A stretch of DNA of 45,004 bases, filler included, from Catajapyx aquilonaris (GCA_000934665.2; 2 parts of 2 records of this genome joined end to end with filler, not necessarily neighbours in it); one strand, 5' to 3'. Numbered from the whole stretch's first letter, positions 23,126 through 35,924 are shown. Numbers and translations are program-made. Notes: a model not told the origin generated them from the letters alone.

Positions 23126-24261
23126 GGATGCACTTTAGCCCCCCCAAAATATTGCATGTTTCTATACATTTCCTGAAGCTCCTCCATGGGCTGAGTCGAA
23201 TGACACTATTCCTTGGGTGGAGAAACGTTTCGTTAAAGAGAAATCGAATTATGAAATTGCAAGTAATTAACAATGAATAAATGAAAATAAGCAAGTGTTC
23301 CATTGTTGCAACTGTTTATTCGTATTGTTTAAAAAAAGAGATGAAGGCGTGGCATTTCTCTAAGCCTGTCTCCCACCCCAAAGACCTGTCCGACTTGGGT
23401 GGCCCTACCAGTAGACGAAGTTACCGCCGGCATAGCTCTTTGGGGTCGGGTCAGTCGGGAGAAACGCAAGGGGGGGGGGAAAGGTTATGTGTCTGGATCA
23501 CCTGGAGGTAATGATGAACCTCTCGAAGATGTCGCTGACGAAGGCTTTGGACGAGAAGGCGCCTGTGTCCGGGTGGGAGTGACCACACCAGCACTGTACG
23601 TCTTGTGGCCCTGCAAGGGGGCCCGGACTTGTCACCCCCGGCATAATGCCCCCGTGACAATTTCTCCCCCGGCGTATTCGCCCCCGTGACATATTCATCA
23701 TGGTGGGCAAAGCCACAATAACGTTCGTTGGCCTGCGGCGCCACAAGACGGACAGTAAATGTTGCGGATACAGAAACCCACAATAAGTGCCCAGCTCCGC
23801 TATCGCTCCGCAAAAACTAAAAATATCACGCACGGGCGACGTACCGTGCCTGGCAGGGCCACAGGAATGGACAGTACTGTTGCGGTTACAAAAAGCCATA
23901 CAGCATCACCAACACAAAGCGCACCTCCATCCCTGTGACCCATTCCCCTGTCTCAAATTAACCAGCAAGAACACAACTGCTTATTATTATCGTATTTCAG
24001 GTGACCTCCCAACACATTTCCGTGGCAACCCTCACGTTACCATGGGGAATACCCAAACACTCCAAAAGGAGTACACAGTGTCAACAATGGAACACTTGCT
24101 TATTTTAATTTATTCATTGTTAATTACTTGCAACTTCATAATTCGATTACTCTTTAACGAAACGTTTCTCCACCCAAGGAATAGTGTCATTCGACTCAGC
24201 CCATGGAGGAGCTTCAGGAAATGTATAGAAACCTGCAATATTTTGGGGGGGCTAAAGTGCA
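23126..24261. mobile_element. Long-TIR non-autonomous DNA transposon (Kolobok-like)
   Basis: ~180-bp TIRs (23129-23308 and 24083-24261); left end TTAA|ggatgcactttagccc; related ends gggctaaagtgcaccc|tta at ~13382-13400 and gggctaaactgctccc|tta at 27878-27896. Confidence 0.75.
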
Positions 24262-25373
24262 GTCAAGCCGTGTAATTGGCGGATGTGTTGAATTTACAGC
24301 GACGGGACATGTAATAAAGAGAGGTGAAAGATAGAGATGCAATGCTGGGTGGCAGGAAATCAATGCAAATGAAAAACTCCTGGTTTAATTTGCTATGTAT
24401 TGTTACGCAAGGGGATCTCCATGGGATTGGGAATTTGGGAAAAGAGTAATTGTTGATGTTGTTATTGAAGTTAATATTGTTAAGTTCAAGGTTAAGTTGC
24501 TTATTGTTGAGGGGTGCAGCGAGAGGAATTGAGAATATGCGGGGTTAGACTCATTTTTGGAAGCTGAAACATGCGGCGTTAAATTCCTCGAAAAAAGTAC
24601 CCCCTGGCGTGCTAGTTTACGGCGGTGCAGGGGCATTGCCCTGGATTACTATAGCGAACACACCCACAAACATCCTCATTTATAGATACTGTATAAAAGA
24701 TGACTTGCCACCAACCATGGTGAAAATATGATATGATCCACCACACATTACAAATGGGCATGTTCCAATAATACTCTATGTGCTGATGTAAATGTCCAAG
24801 CTGTGGATTAAGGCTAGTTTCAGTGATTTGTATGGTGGTGCCGATGGGTTTCATACAGTCAGTCAGTACTCATGCCAAGGTTAGAGTCAGTATGTGCATC
24901 AGAATGCACATTTTCATTGATAATGGTTTTAAGAGATTAATTGTACTGTGAGACATTGGCATAAGTGCAATTTCCCCAATTAGAAACCCGTGGTGCCTAA
25001 TGTGGGGAGGTGGTAGGACTGGTAGCATTTACAAAAGTTAATAAGTTATGAAATATATTGAACTTTGATTTCAAGTCTGATGGAATTATTGGCTAATACT
25101 CCCTGGCTATCCCACTGATTCATTTGTGTTTTTGACTATTGAAAGACTAGAAAAAAACCTTTTCCCTTACTGCATTGCCGGATTTTCTGCATGTGGTCAA
25201 AATAATGATGATAAGCTTGGCAGGTTTTTCATGTAGCTGTGGATGGGAAGGTGAGCAAGCGAAATGAATCAATGAACATACCTTTTTCCAGCATGTTGTT
25301 TATTGTATACATTACGTTACTGTACAACCTAATAATTGTTGTGACAGAATTGTACTGCCCGCCTTGCTCTTAC

Positions 25374-25401
25374 CTTTGACCTCTGAGGTCACATTGTCCA
25401 T
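25374..25401 (-). CDS. Candidate first coding exon (MDNVTSEVK|G) of the minus-strand two-TM gene
   Basis: acaccATGg start context, strong donor AAAG|gtaaga, phase 1 fits the acceptor at 21110; another in-frame ATG at 25479; the join crosses the assembly spacer. Confidence 0.4.
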
Positions 25402-25780
25402 GGTGTGGCATATAAATTCCTGGACAGATGACGTGCCAGCTGCCTCTGCATGATGTTGGCAGCAGCCCTGGGTATTCATCTGCGTCTCAAGTCCCAGGGC
25501 GATGAACCGGTTCGCAGACACAAATCTAGGGTAACCATGCAGAGACGAGTGAATGGGCGAGACATAAACTGGTGCAATATATCCACCTGCTTGAGCTGAG
25601 CGGCGGGCAGAGCAGCCAGCGCCCCCTTTGCGTGCATTGTACCATGATGATTGTACAGTACACCTGCGTGCCTGGCTTGCCTGGCTCCTGCGCAAATACT
25701 TCCAGGCAGGCAGAGGCCAGCGGTGGGGACAGAGGGGCGGGCAGGCAGGGGAGCGGAAAGCAGGCTGGCTGATTCATTCA

Positions 25781-25814
25781 TCAGTGCTGTTTGGTGCTCC
25801 AGAGGTGGAAGATG
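25781..25814 (+). promoter_or_regulatory. Inr + DPE core promoter
   Basis: TCAGT initiator (A=25783 as +1) and AGATG (RGWYV) at exactly +28..+32 (25810-25814), inside a GC/CpG-rich stretch ~240 nt upstream of the ATG at 26025. Confidence 0.65.
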
Positions 25815-26024
25815 GCCTCCGAGCTGGCGGGAGCGCAGAGGGACGGGGGACCGTCGCGGACTGCCCCGCTGCTGCCCGTCACGGACATCACCTGCGCCAG
25901 GCTGGGAGGATAGAGTGGGGGAAACACGAAGGGCGGCTACTCGCGCCTGGTCCACTCGCTTATTATTCCTCCCTCGACCATCGCCCGCTGATCCCAGCCA
26001 TTCATCCATCATCATCAACCCCAC

Positions 26025-26278
26025 ATGGGCCCTACCCCTTCGCCGTCTGGCTGCCGATGCTGCTCCTACCCGCTGCTGCCCAGTCGCCCATCGGCCCCTC
26101 TGATCGCCCTCCTACTGGCTGCAGCCCTCCTGCTGGGCACAGCTGCCTCGGACAGACCCGTCCCGACACACGCACCTGCTGCACCTGCTCTCGACAACAA
26201 CAACACCACCACCAACGTCACCAACGTCACTCACAGACCAGCCACCAGCACCACACCTACAGGGGACACATCCACAGG
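26025..26278 (+). CDS. Type I mucin-like membrane protein, exon 1 (signal peptide + T/N-rich region)
   Basis: ATG..LIALLLAAALLLGTAAS|DRP...NNNTTTNVTNVT; donor GG|gtaatg, phase 2. Confidence 0.85.
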
Positions 26279-26763
26279 GTAATGCATTTTCATACGTGAT
26301 GCTCACTTGGTGTATAGACTAGTGCCATGAGGCGTGGAGAGCTAGAGAAATTCCTCAAGGTGGCTTATGCAAGTGACCTTCAAGCGCATTGCTCATGATT
26401 GAGGAAAATGGAAAAGTCAGGCTATACCAGGGAAGGCATTAATAGTGCCTTGCACCTATAGCACAGGTGTTTCAGGGGAAGTGGTTGTTTACGCTTTGGA
26501 AATATCTGGCTGCGCTGACATTGCTGCCAGGAAACATGTGGTCAGACAGCGAAAAATCAATGAGATTGGACATCCTTGGGCCTTAAAAAATGTATACCGC
26601 CAACCAGTAGATTGAACTGTAGTGCCTTGAGCGAGCAGGGAGTTTCCTACCTGAACTAAGGAAGCAATGACTTGTAGCTGTGAGATATTATGCTGGTGGT
26701 GTTAGTGTGAGCTGAAAAGAAACCCCAAGTTGCTTGCAAGTGACTTTTTGTTAGTTTGCTTTT

Positions 26764-27893
26764 AGTTTAGCCCCACAAAAATCTTGCAGGTTTCTATATA
26801 TTTCTTGGCTGTACTCGATGAGCTGAGTCGAATGATGCTATTCCTAGAGTGTGGAAATGCTTGGTTCAAGAACAACTGAATTTTGAAATTGCAAGTAATA
26901 ACCATGAATAAAATGAAAGTAAGCAAGTATTCCTTTGTTGACAACTGTTCACTCCCATTGTTGCGTGAGGTGATTCTCCATGGAAATGTGCTGTGAGGGA
27001 TGCTGAAGGATGAAAATAAACGGTTGTTCAGGGTTCGTTGGGTATAGAATGAGAGTGAAGGAGTTTAATTTAACATCATTCAGGAGCATTTGTGGCCGAG
27101 GCATTGCATCGGTGTGTATCTGGAATTGGGCAAGCCTTCCTAGAAGTAAGAAGGGAGGATGGTGTCTCTTGGCAACCACTGCTTGAGGCCTCTTGCCCGC
27201 CAACAAGTGTTGCTGTAAAATGCACCCTAAGCTTTTTAAAATTACTCAACCCTAAGCTTTTTTTTATTACTCAAGTAGGGCCCCACGCTGATTATGTTGG
27301 TGTTATCTGTGAGGTGATGGAGTGATCACACCAGTACTGTCCGTCTTGTGGCCCTGACAGGCGTAGTACGTCACCCTGCAGGATAATTTTAGTTTATTGC
27401 GGAGTGTCAGCAGAGCTAGGCGCTTAGTGTGAGTTTTGAATCTGCAACATTTACTGTCCGTCTAACGAACGTTATTGTGCCTTTGCCAGAGCCACTTTTA
27501 AATGCAACATCTACATCTACAACGCCACAAGATGGACAGTAATGTTGCGGACGCACAACCCACAAATTATGGTACTTTTCAAATTACCATGGAGATTCCC
27601 TCACACAACAATGGGAGTAAACAGTTTCAACAAAGGAACACTTGTTTATTTTCATTTATTGATTGTTAATTATGGGCAATTTCAAAATTCAGTTACTCTT
27701 GAACCAAATATTTCTGCACCCTAGGAATAGTGCCATTCGACTCAGCTCATTGAGTAGACTTACGAGAAAACTTACGAGGGTGAAAGGTAAGAAGGGCGTA
27801 TGAACCAATGTTAACAAATGGATCATACGCCCTTCTGACCTTTCACCCTCGATATAGAAACCTGCAAGACCTTTGCAGGGCTAAACTGCTCCC
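26764..27893. mobile_element. Second, more diverged copy of the Kolobok-like long-TIR element
   Basis: TIRs ~26764-26985 and ~27588-27893 are homologous to those of 23126-24261; shared internal motifs (cacaccag.actgt.cgtcttgtggccctg; cgccacaaga.ggacagtaa). Confidence 0.75.
27775..27851. mobile_element. 77-bp mariner-type hairpin MITE nested in a TIR
   Basis: ta|cgagggtgaaaggt.agaagggcgtatga ... tcatacgcccttctgacctttcaccctcg. Confidence 0.8.
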
Positions 27894-27921
27894 TTACCTG
27901 CTTTTATTACAAGACATAAAT

Positions 27922-28230
27922 GGGGAGGTGGAGTGGTGCTGCGATAATGTATACGCCCACAGATGGAAGGGTCCCAGGTTTGATCCGAAGCCCGGCATTT
28001 CCCTCTTCATCTCGTGAAGAGTTGGGTTGTCTCTTGATTTCTCCTTGGGTGGAATTTCTGCTAGACTAATCCACCCGGGCGAGTTCACAGAGTGACCATA
28101 GCAGCAACATTGCACTGCACCTTGCACATCCCCTCCCAGTCACCCTGTCCGCAGACCTGGGCACTTCGAATACAGGTTCCATTTGTACGCTGTACATAGT
28201 ATAATAATAAAGGCCCATGCAATATACTCC
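27922..28230 (+). mobile_element. tRNA-derived SINE, family A (diverged)
   Basis: ggggaggtggagtggtgctgcg head, cactgcaccttgcacatcccctc core; no clear TSD. Confidence 0.8.
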
Positions 28231-28446
28231 CAAGGGGAGTGAAAGCACTAATGGATGGAAAACGAGAGAACTATCTGATGTCATCATTTCTTCCATTGTT
28301 GCTTTTTGTTGACACTCATATTGTTTACTCATATTGTTCTGTGAGGGTATTTCCATTGAAACCTTGATGACGTCAGATCGTTCTCTCATTTTTCGTACAC
28401 TTCCTGGATGATGATGATGATGATGATTACTATTATTATTGTTATT

Positions 28447-28570
28447 GTTGTTTTTAGGTTGTTTTTAGGTCTATTATCATGAGTTTTATAGTTCATGTGT
28501 TGGGTTAGCTTGCGTCTCCCTTCATCGCTGACTACCCCTCATAGGGAAATGTCGTGATGTTGTTGTTGTT
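28447..28570 (+). mobile_element. RTE LINE 3' tip inside a (TTA)n microsatellite
   Basis: Same 3' UTR as 1-98; (TTG)n tail runs into (TTA)n. Confidence 0.85.
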
Positions 28571-29875
28571 ATTATTATTATTATTATTGTTATTATTATT
28601 ATTATTATTAGACATGAACTAAACCCTGTGGAAATTGTTCAACGTCTTGCAAGTTAGTTCACTGGTTTGCCATCAGACCTTTCCAGCTTCCAACTCATTT
28701 GAATCAATTTGTGATCAATCATTATGGTATGTGCATGACTGCCAATTGTATAGCTCTTCATTAAAACATTGATACAAATGTGCACAGTATGTGAGATGGT
28801 GGGTGATGGATTGCTGATTGCAGCGACAGAGTTATTCAGAGACCAAGGAATTACCAGATACACCACCTAGTGGTTAACAGCATTCACATAAAAAAACAAG
28901 CAAATATGCACTTCATATTATTTTATTTCCTGAACTTGCAAATTATGTCATCCCCATCCTCCTCCACTTCATCTCCACTTGATGAGGCTTTTATATTATC
29001 CAGACAACTCTTGGATCTGGTGCAGTCTGGATTATTATCAAAGGCCTACTGTATTTCCAAGTAATGTAAGCCATTGTACCATTGTGAGACAAATAATTCG
29101 CTGCTGAAAGACTGCACAATGGGGACTAAGCTGGAGTTAAGCTAAACTAAATCCATCCATTTTGATGTGTTGTAAATGTCAAGGTTATTTGGACAATGTC
29201 ATGCTGTTAACTATACTCCTGTGATGGCATTGCCAGAGTACTTCAACCACTATGATTCTTCACAACCTTGCAAAGGTCTAGTTATGTCCTTTTGGAAAGT
29301 ACAGGTAGTCTCAAACTTACATAACCATGATGTTTGTAGACCAGGACATAATTATGTAAAAAGTTTACGTCATGCGCAGTTAATCACACGATTTACAGAA
29401 CTAACTGGTCAAGTTAGTTATATTCCAAAACGACATTTTATTTGTGCGAAGTGAGAGATTCCAGGTTGCTGGTACTGGTGCCAATTGATAAGATACAGAT
29501 TGGCAAAGCCACAATAGCATTCCTTGATGTACGATGCACGAGGGATACAGTAATAGTGCAGTCACCCTCAACCCACACAGACACACTAATACAAATGATG
29601 TCATGACCCACCCCACAGAACCCAGTATCTGGTACAAGTTTTGTGGTTTCAGAATATTGCGAACACAATAATAAATCGTGGCTCTAGGTAACATGAAACT
29701 CTTCTGCATATACAGTAGTTGCAGATTGAGCCACCTACCTTTAAGTCAGATAGGCCTACTGCTTGTATGTGTTTTCTGCCACTGCTAGTAAAAACTGACA
29801 ATGTTGGTCTAGAATACTTGCTAGTGTTTCTATATTGATTTTATAGTGATGTGACTTATAGATCCTTATTATAGC

Positions 29876-30161
29876 TGGCCTTGGTGGACTAGTGGTTAGC
29901 ATGCTCGCCTCCGGTCCCAAGGTTGTGGGTTCGAACCCGGCTGAGGTCGGTGACTTTTATCCAGGTGGTAGAAAAGTGAGAGTGCACCTTCCTTCGGAGG
30001 GGAAGTAAAGCTGTCGGTTCCATGTGCTTGTGACATTGCGCGAGTGCACGTTAAAGATCCCCAGAGTTGCCAAATTTCCAGGAGGAGGACCACCCCCTGG
30101 CGTCAGTGTTGAACCTTAGAGGCAGAAATAGGCCGATGTTAAGCCCCACTGAACCCAGACG
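29876..30161 (+). mobile_element. tRNA-derived SINE, family F
   Basis: tggactagtggtt A box, ggttcgaacccg B box, ccttccttcggaggggaagtaaag and cacgttaaagatcccc motifs; short TSD-like cttattata on both sides. Confidence 0.8.
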
Positions 30162-30191
30162 CTTATTATATTGTTCGTTTACTTGGAACAG

Positions 30192-30496
30192 AGACACAGA
30201 AACAACTGGAGATGGATCATCAGACTTGCCAACGTGGACACAATCCAGTGTGTATGAAACAGAACGGATGCACTACTCTGGAGAGGTTTCCTCCACACTT
30301 CCAACCCACCCTTCCCCCCCATCTCCTTCACCCTCTTCTTTTCCTTCAACCAACTGGACATCACCCTCCTTTGAGTGGGGTCCCCGAGAGGCAGCTGTCC
30401 TTCCACCAAAGGCACAGCAGCATGAGAGTGGAGGGATGCCACTTGGAGCCATTGCAGGAATTGTCATTGGTGTTGTCTTTGCACTTGCCATTGCAG
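30192..30496 (+). CDS. Mucin-like membrane protein, exon 2 (S/T/P-rich stalk + start of TM)
   Basis: Acceptor aacag|A fits phase 2; DTETTGDG...PSPPSPSPSS...GAIAGIVIGVVFALAIA; donor G|gtttgt, phase 1. Confidence 0.88.
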
Positions 30497-30833
30497 GTTT
30501 GTAGCTCTTGTGATCTAGGAAGCAGGTTCTTCAACTTGAATTAAAATAATCAGTTAACTGGTTCTGGGCAGGTAGAATTTGTGGTATCCCAGAAGCTTTT
30601 GCAGTGAAGCATCCTTAAAGGGATAGTATTGTGATCCAAGATGAGCACAACTTATTTGAAAATGAATTAATGCATTTCAATTTATTGGGCACTCTCATCC
30701 CATTCAATTAATTTTCCAATCAGTCCAATTCGCCTTAATTCAATATACGAGGTAGACGCCAAAAGTTTCCGGCACATTTATGTTCCAGGGGTGATGGTAA
30801 TAAAACGAGTGTCATTTTTCAATATAGTCTCCT

Positions 30834-31096
30834 TGTTTTCACAAGGATGGGGTTACCTCGGTCCTCTACAGGACCTACCAAGGGACTATTATAAGGGCAA
30901 ATACTCACGTATTTCGGTTCCTTCCTCTTTTATTATCAATCAGAGCACCTTTTACACGTCTGTCCTCTCTCTCTCGCCTGCTCGCTCTGCTTCTCCTTGG
31001 GTCCCGCCCGCCTCCGCTGGGTGGCTCCCCCCACGGGCACTAACCGCCACTTCTCCAGGGGAGCCAACCCAGGGGAGGCGCGGGCCAAACAAAACA
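30834..31096 (-). mobile_element. Possible solo LTR inserted in the mariner
   Basis: TGTTTT...AAAACA termini, AATAAA on - at ~30930, interrupts the transposase at CIDVQ|GDYIEK; TSD imperfect. Confidence 0.4.
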
Positions 31097-31622
31097 CCTG
31101 TCAGATTGTACATCAATGCACTTCTCACATCTCATATTTATCATTTCAATACCTCGGGAAAAATAGTCCAAAGTTTTGTCTACAAAATGCTCATATACAG
31201 CCTCATACACCTCTTTGTCACTTTTTAATAATACCTCGAAGTTCTTTTTTGAGTTTGGATAACAGCTAATAGTCATTACCAGTAGGGGGGATGATCAAGC
31301 TCCTTGAAGCCACAGTTCCTCACAGCAGCCTTGGAAGCATTGTCCTGTAACCTGGTGCATTATCCTGAAGTTGGCGAACACCCCAGCTCAGCTTCTCACA
31401 TCTCCTCTTCTTCATGGCATCACGAAACCTGTGCAGCAAGCCAGAGTACGACTCCCCATCTAGACAATCGTGTTTTAGTCCTTGAAGTCTATCAGTAAGA
31501 TTCCTTGGGAATTCTAGAGAATCAGCACCATGGTCTTCTTGGTTGACCGGGTCACTCGGCCGCTTTCCGCCCGCCCTACACCATTCCATTAATTATCTTT
31601 TGACGTGGATACGTCAATAAAA

Positions 31623-32005
31623 TAGGATCAGTGGGCATGCAGGCAAACTCAAGCGTTACAGAAAAGTGTTACAGTCTATTATAACCGAGTCTGCTATAAC
31701 CGACAGTATGTTACCTGCGCATTACGTCACACATATATACTTCCCTGCCCTTTTCACATTACGTCACACATACTCCCCTCCCCTCTGCACACAACGTCAC
31801 ACACACTGCCCCTCCCTCTACGCACTGACGGCATCAAGGGATCAAGGGATCAGGGGGCATGCAGGAAAACTCGAGCGTTATGGAATAGCGTTACAGTCAG
31901 GGCCTCGCCAGGGGCCCCATGGCGGGGGCATGCAGGGGGGGGGGGGGCGCAGCTGGGTNCGCTTTTCTGTAACACTTGAGATTGCTTGCATGCCCCCTAA
32001 TCCAA
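31623..32005. mobile_element. TIR-bounded MITE nested in the mariner
   Basis: ~45-bp inverted ends ggatcagtgggcatgcaggcaaactcaagcgttacagaaaag / cttttctgtaacacttgagattgcttgcatgccccctaatcc; second left-end copy at ~31847. Confidence 0.65.
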
Positions 32006-33679
32006 TTTTAAAGATGCATCCACGCCTGCATGCCCCCGCCATTATAGTCGAGCAAAGGGAAACATAATGTAGGTTGAGCCCCATAAGCTGCGGCTTGTGT
32101 CCCCGACACAACATGTAATTTTTTTGATGAAGGATCATAGCACAGGATCATAGTTTCATCTCCTGTGATGATGGACTCCAGTACTTCTTTCTGTTTACCA
32201 CGGCGAAGGTCCAAAAACGTTTTGCAACAGGTTACTCATTTTTGATTTTAAATTTCTGACAGAAGTCGAGGCACCCATCTTGTGCTGACCTTTTTCATGT
32301 GCAGGTGTTTATGAAGAATGAGAGGAATAGTGGTGTCTGAAAGCCCCAACCTTGCTAAGAGTTCCTCCACCTTCAAGGACTTGCTTGCAGCATCTACTCC
32401 TCCACAAGAGAGACGGGGTCTGCTGTCAGCACCTCTACGGGCCGAAAGTCACATAGCTTGCCTTTGTTGCTCTCTCAACCCAAATGAAATTGCTTAGCCC
32501 CTTCCTTCATGGTGGAATATGAAGAGGAAACTTCACCATGCACACCGTCCAAGCCCTGTTTAATAGAGATGGTAGTAGGCCTTCCTTGGTGAGGAACTTG
32601 ATCACTCTCGATACTCGATTTTCACCATGTTGCAACTCGTCTGACTAAAGTTGACTTTTCTAGGAGACTGACTGACGTTGCCGGGTGAGACTTGTACATT
32701 CCTCCGCTCATAGTTGGGACTACCCGACACGATAGTTGTTTTATTTCTATCACCCCTGGAACATAGTCAGACTGGAAACTTTTGGCACCTACCTCTTACT
32801 TACCATTTATTGCCTTTCATTTCCATTCACATCCATTCTTCAGTGAGTTCAGCAGCCCAGAGATGAATTCTGTTTAGTTCATCTGAATATTGGGCAATTT
32901 ATGAATGAGCAGTTTTGAATTGAATTGTGCCTGTGAAGTTGTTGATAAAACTTATGTTAGGATATCTGTGTACTTGGGTAACTGCAATTTGCGGGAAGAA
33001 TTCGGTAGCCTGGGCACATATTGGGAAATGGGTACCTGTTCATAATAATATGCCTTTTGCAATCAAGTTCTTGAACTGTGACTTGACTTCCAACTATTCC
33101 TCCAGCTCCTGTTTTTCATTCGTGGACTTATTAAGAGCCGCCCTTCATGTGGTGCAGATGTATTTTGGGATCACAATAGGCAGTCACATCATCTTTAATC
33201 CCATCAACCGTAACAAGATTCCAGGAATGACAAAGCCCTCAAAATAAGATCAAGTTGTGATGTTATATGTATAGGCTACTTTCAATACATTGAAACCTAA
33301 GGCCTACAGAGTGGAATTGCTATGTTCCTCTTTATAAGTTTGTAATTCACAAGTTTTTCCTAGATTGGACAATAATGAATTAGGAAAATCCAATAAAGTG
33401 CAATAACATGGCTTCAAATGGGTGTCCCCAAGTCCATCAGTTAGGCCAGTTGGGAGTGTTTATGCCTTAATGGTGTCCAAATGGACTGACTATGCTTAGG
33501 GGAAGGAAGTGGCAACTAAGCTTGCAAAATTATTCTGCAGTAGACAAGAGAGTATATCCTACATTAAGATTTTCTTGTTCTTGAATATATTTTATGCATC
33601 ATAGGACAACTCTTCCTAATTTTTGATGTCTTGGTTGTCATCACCAAGGTAGGCTATACTCCCAGTGCTATTAAGCAGA

Positions 33680-34304
33680 GACTGTGGCTTTGAGGAGCAT
33701 GACCACCCACCCTACAGCCCAGACCTGGCCACCAATGACCCTTACCTGTTTTCAAAACTTTAGAAAAATATCTTTGAGGTAGAAAATTCAACAATGATGA
33801 AGATTTGCCGGAGGCAGTTTGTGTGTGAGCATTTTTCTCACAAAACTACCGAGGCAGTTCGGAGTAGGGGATACGGTGTCCGACTGCTAATGGGAAGGTC
33901 CTGGGATCAAATCTCGGGGCCGGCAACTCTGACCGTGGTTTTCTGTGGTTTCCTAGGTGGTTTTCCAGGAAAATTCCAGAGTTGTTTCCGTAATTAACAG
34001 GCCACAGCCGCTTCCTTTCGTCCCTATCCTATCCCAAAAAGTGCAGTAAAATGAAAGCAAAGAGTTCCAGGCAAAAGATAAACTTCCCCCCTAAAGAGCA
34101 GAAAAAGGCTGATAGCGGGGTATGAATTATGAATTATTATTTTCTCACAAAACTTTGGACTATTTTCCAACAGTATTGATGTTCATCCAGAGGTGTAAGA
34201 AGTTTGTTAAAGTGCAAGGAGACTATATTGCAAAATGGCACTGTTGTTTTATTTCCATCACCTCTGGAACATAGTCAAGACAGAAACTTTTGGCTCCTAT
34301 CTCA
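33680..34304 (+). mobile_element. 3' fragment of the same mariner family
   Basis: FEEHDHPPYSPDLATNDPYLF (YSPDLAP motif), ...VKVQGDYI, right TIR ending at ~34304. Confidence 0.88.
33848..34139 (+). mobile_element. tRNA-derived SINE, family D, nested in the mariner fragment
   Basis: Head homologous to 2754-3191; 15-bp TSD ttttctcacaaaact at 33833-33847 and 34140-34154. Confidence 0.85.
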
Positions 34305-34540
34305 TATACTGATCCTGCACACTGGGCTAAAAATATAGCACCTTAGTATGTGACTATGGTTAGCCCTGCCTCACAAAATAATCATTTCACACTTACGTGT
34401 GCAATATCTTGATGGCAATAGCTGGAATCTCAAGTAAAGTGTTTGGTGGACTGCCTGCACAACTCATACATTAGTTTCAGCTTGAGTCCGGGGTGCATGT
34501 GGGATTTACACTGGCATGGATTTTTACTATAAATAAACAC

Positions 34541-34543
<3 letters not shown>

Positions 34544-34599
<56 letters not shown>

Positions 34600-34926
34600 C
34601 CGGGTAGTGCTTGACCTCATCTGAGGTATATAGAACGGACCTTTATTTTAAACTCGTACATACATCGGAACCTTATACATAACGCCCGGGCCCACGGGCA
34701 GGATGACAGGAGGGGATGTGCAAGGTGCAGTGCAATGTCTTTATGTGGCCATTTTTAGTGAACTCCCCCGGGTGGTTTAGTCTGTAGGAAATACCACCCG
34801 AGACGAAGCCAGAGGTGACCCAATGAACTCTGCATGAGATGAAGGCGGTGTCCCCGGGCTGGGATCGAACCCGGGACCTTAACATCCATGGGCGCATACG
34901 TTACCACAGCACCACTCCGCCTCCCC
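34544..34926 (-). mobile_element. tRNA-derived SINE, family A
   Basis: Full body + (TTA)n; TSD aaacacata on both sides. Confidence 0.9.
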
Positions 34927-34962
34927 AAACACATATGTGTTCTACTGTATAGTTCAGCTATA

Positions 34963-35495
34963 CAGGGTGGTTGGTAAATGGAACACAAACTTCAGGTAGC
35001 GAGATTCCTTGTGAAACACCAGTATAAGGAAGTGACGGTCATATTGCTCTACGATGCCTGGTTGGGCCAAATCGTGACATCACATCCACCCACAAAATTC
35101 AAACACTACTGTATCGCTAAGACTGTATGCGGTGTGTTGCCATGTTGACATCCCCCACAAGCCATGTCCCCCAAATTTCCACCAACAATTGAACTGTATA
35201 AACTCGCAGGGACGACGGTATGGCAACGTCCCTGCGAGTTTATACCATTAAATTGTTGAGTGGGAATGTGGGGGATGTCCACATGGCAATGCCTGGCAAT
35301 GCACCTCATACAGTAGCGATGCGGTAGTGTTTGAATTTCGCTGGCAGATGTGACATCATGATTTGGCCCAAACTTGGGAGGCCTCGTGAGCTCTAACCAG
35401 GCATCGTAGAGCAATAGGACCGTTACTTTCTTATACTGGTTTTTCACAAGGAATCTCGCTACCTGAAGCTTGACCGCCATTTACTGGCCACCCTG
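34963..35495. mobile_element. Tc1/mariner-type foldback MITE
   Basis: TA|cagggtgg ... ccaccctg|TA; almost the whole 533 bp is an imperfect palindrome centred at ~35215. Confidence 0.88.
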
Positions 35496-35924
35496 TATAC
35501 TGCTGCATTAATACATGATCCCAGATAGGTACTATCGGGACAGAATTGGTCCAGACAGATGGGGGTAGGTTGACCATTGACAAGTGTCCAGACCATTTGC
35601 ATTCAGATAGTACACAATTCCAAACAGTGCCCAATTCACAAGGTGTATTTTTACCTCAAAATACTCATACCAAGCTGAGCAGCACTTATTAATTGGTAGT
35701 TACGAGACATCTAACCAAAGATTGCAGTGGATTACTGCTAAAACTAATGCACTGGTCTCCACTGCCTTTAAATTTAAGGGAGGGTGAGCCTACTATCCTT
35801 CTCATACCTGTTCCCAGAATGGCTAATCTTTTTTGTAAAACTGGCATGACATCAGAAAATATAAGAACCCTGCCGTCTTTTAGTATAAAGGATGTTCCCA
35901 TTGCACCAATATGTGTTTAGTATA

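Larger units (their letters stand above)
30748..32796 (-). mobile_element. Degenerate mariner transposon with nested insertions
   Basis: TA-flanked TIRs (cgaggtag..gccaaaagtttcc...atgttccaggggtgat); transposase remnants KKVSTRWVPRLL, IITGDETMILCYDP, RCEKCIDVQ..GDYIEK. Confidence 0.9.

Noticed and set aside
24262..24600. ND6-like NUMT on -
   Set aside because: Compositional resemblance only; no convincing motif
25628..26299. 223-aa ORF and overlapping 150-182 aa ORFs
   Set aside because: Products of stop-poor GC-rich promoter/5' UTR; only the frame from 26025 has a signal peptide and splices in phase with later exons
26949..27100. ATP8-like NUMT (PQM...QWEW on -)
   Set aside because: The C-terminal match lies in the transposon TIR repeated at ~27590-27620, so the resemblance is probably chance
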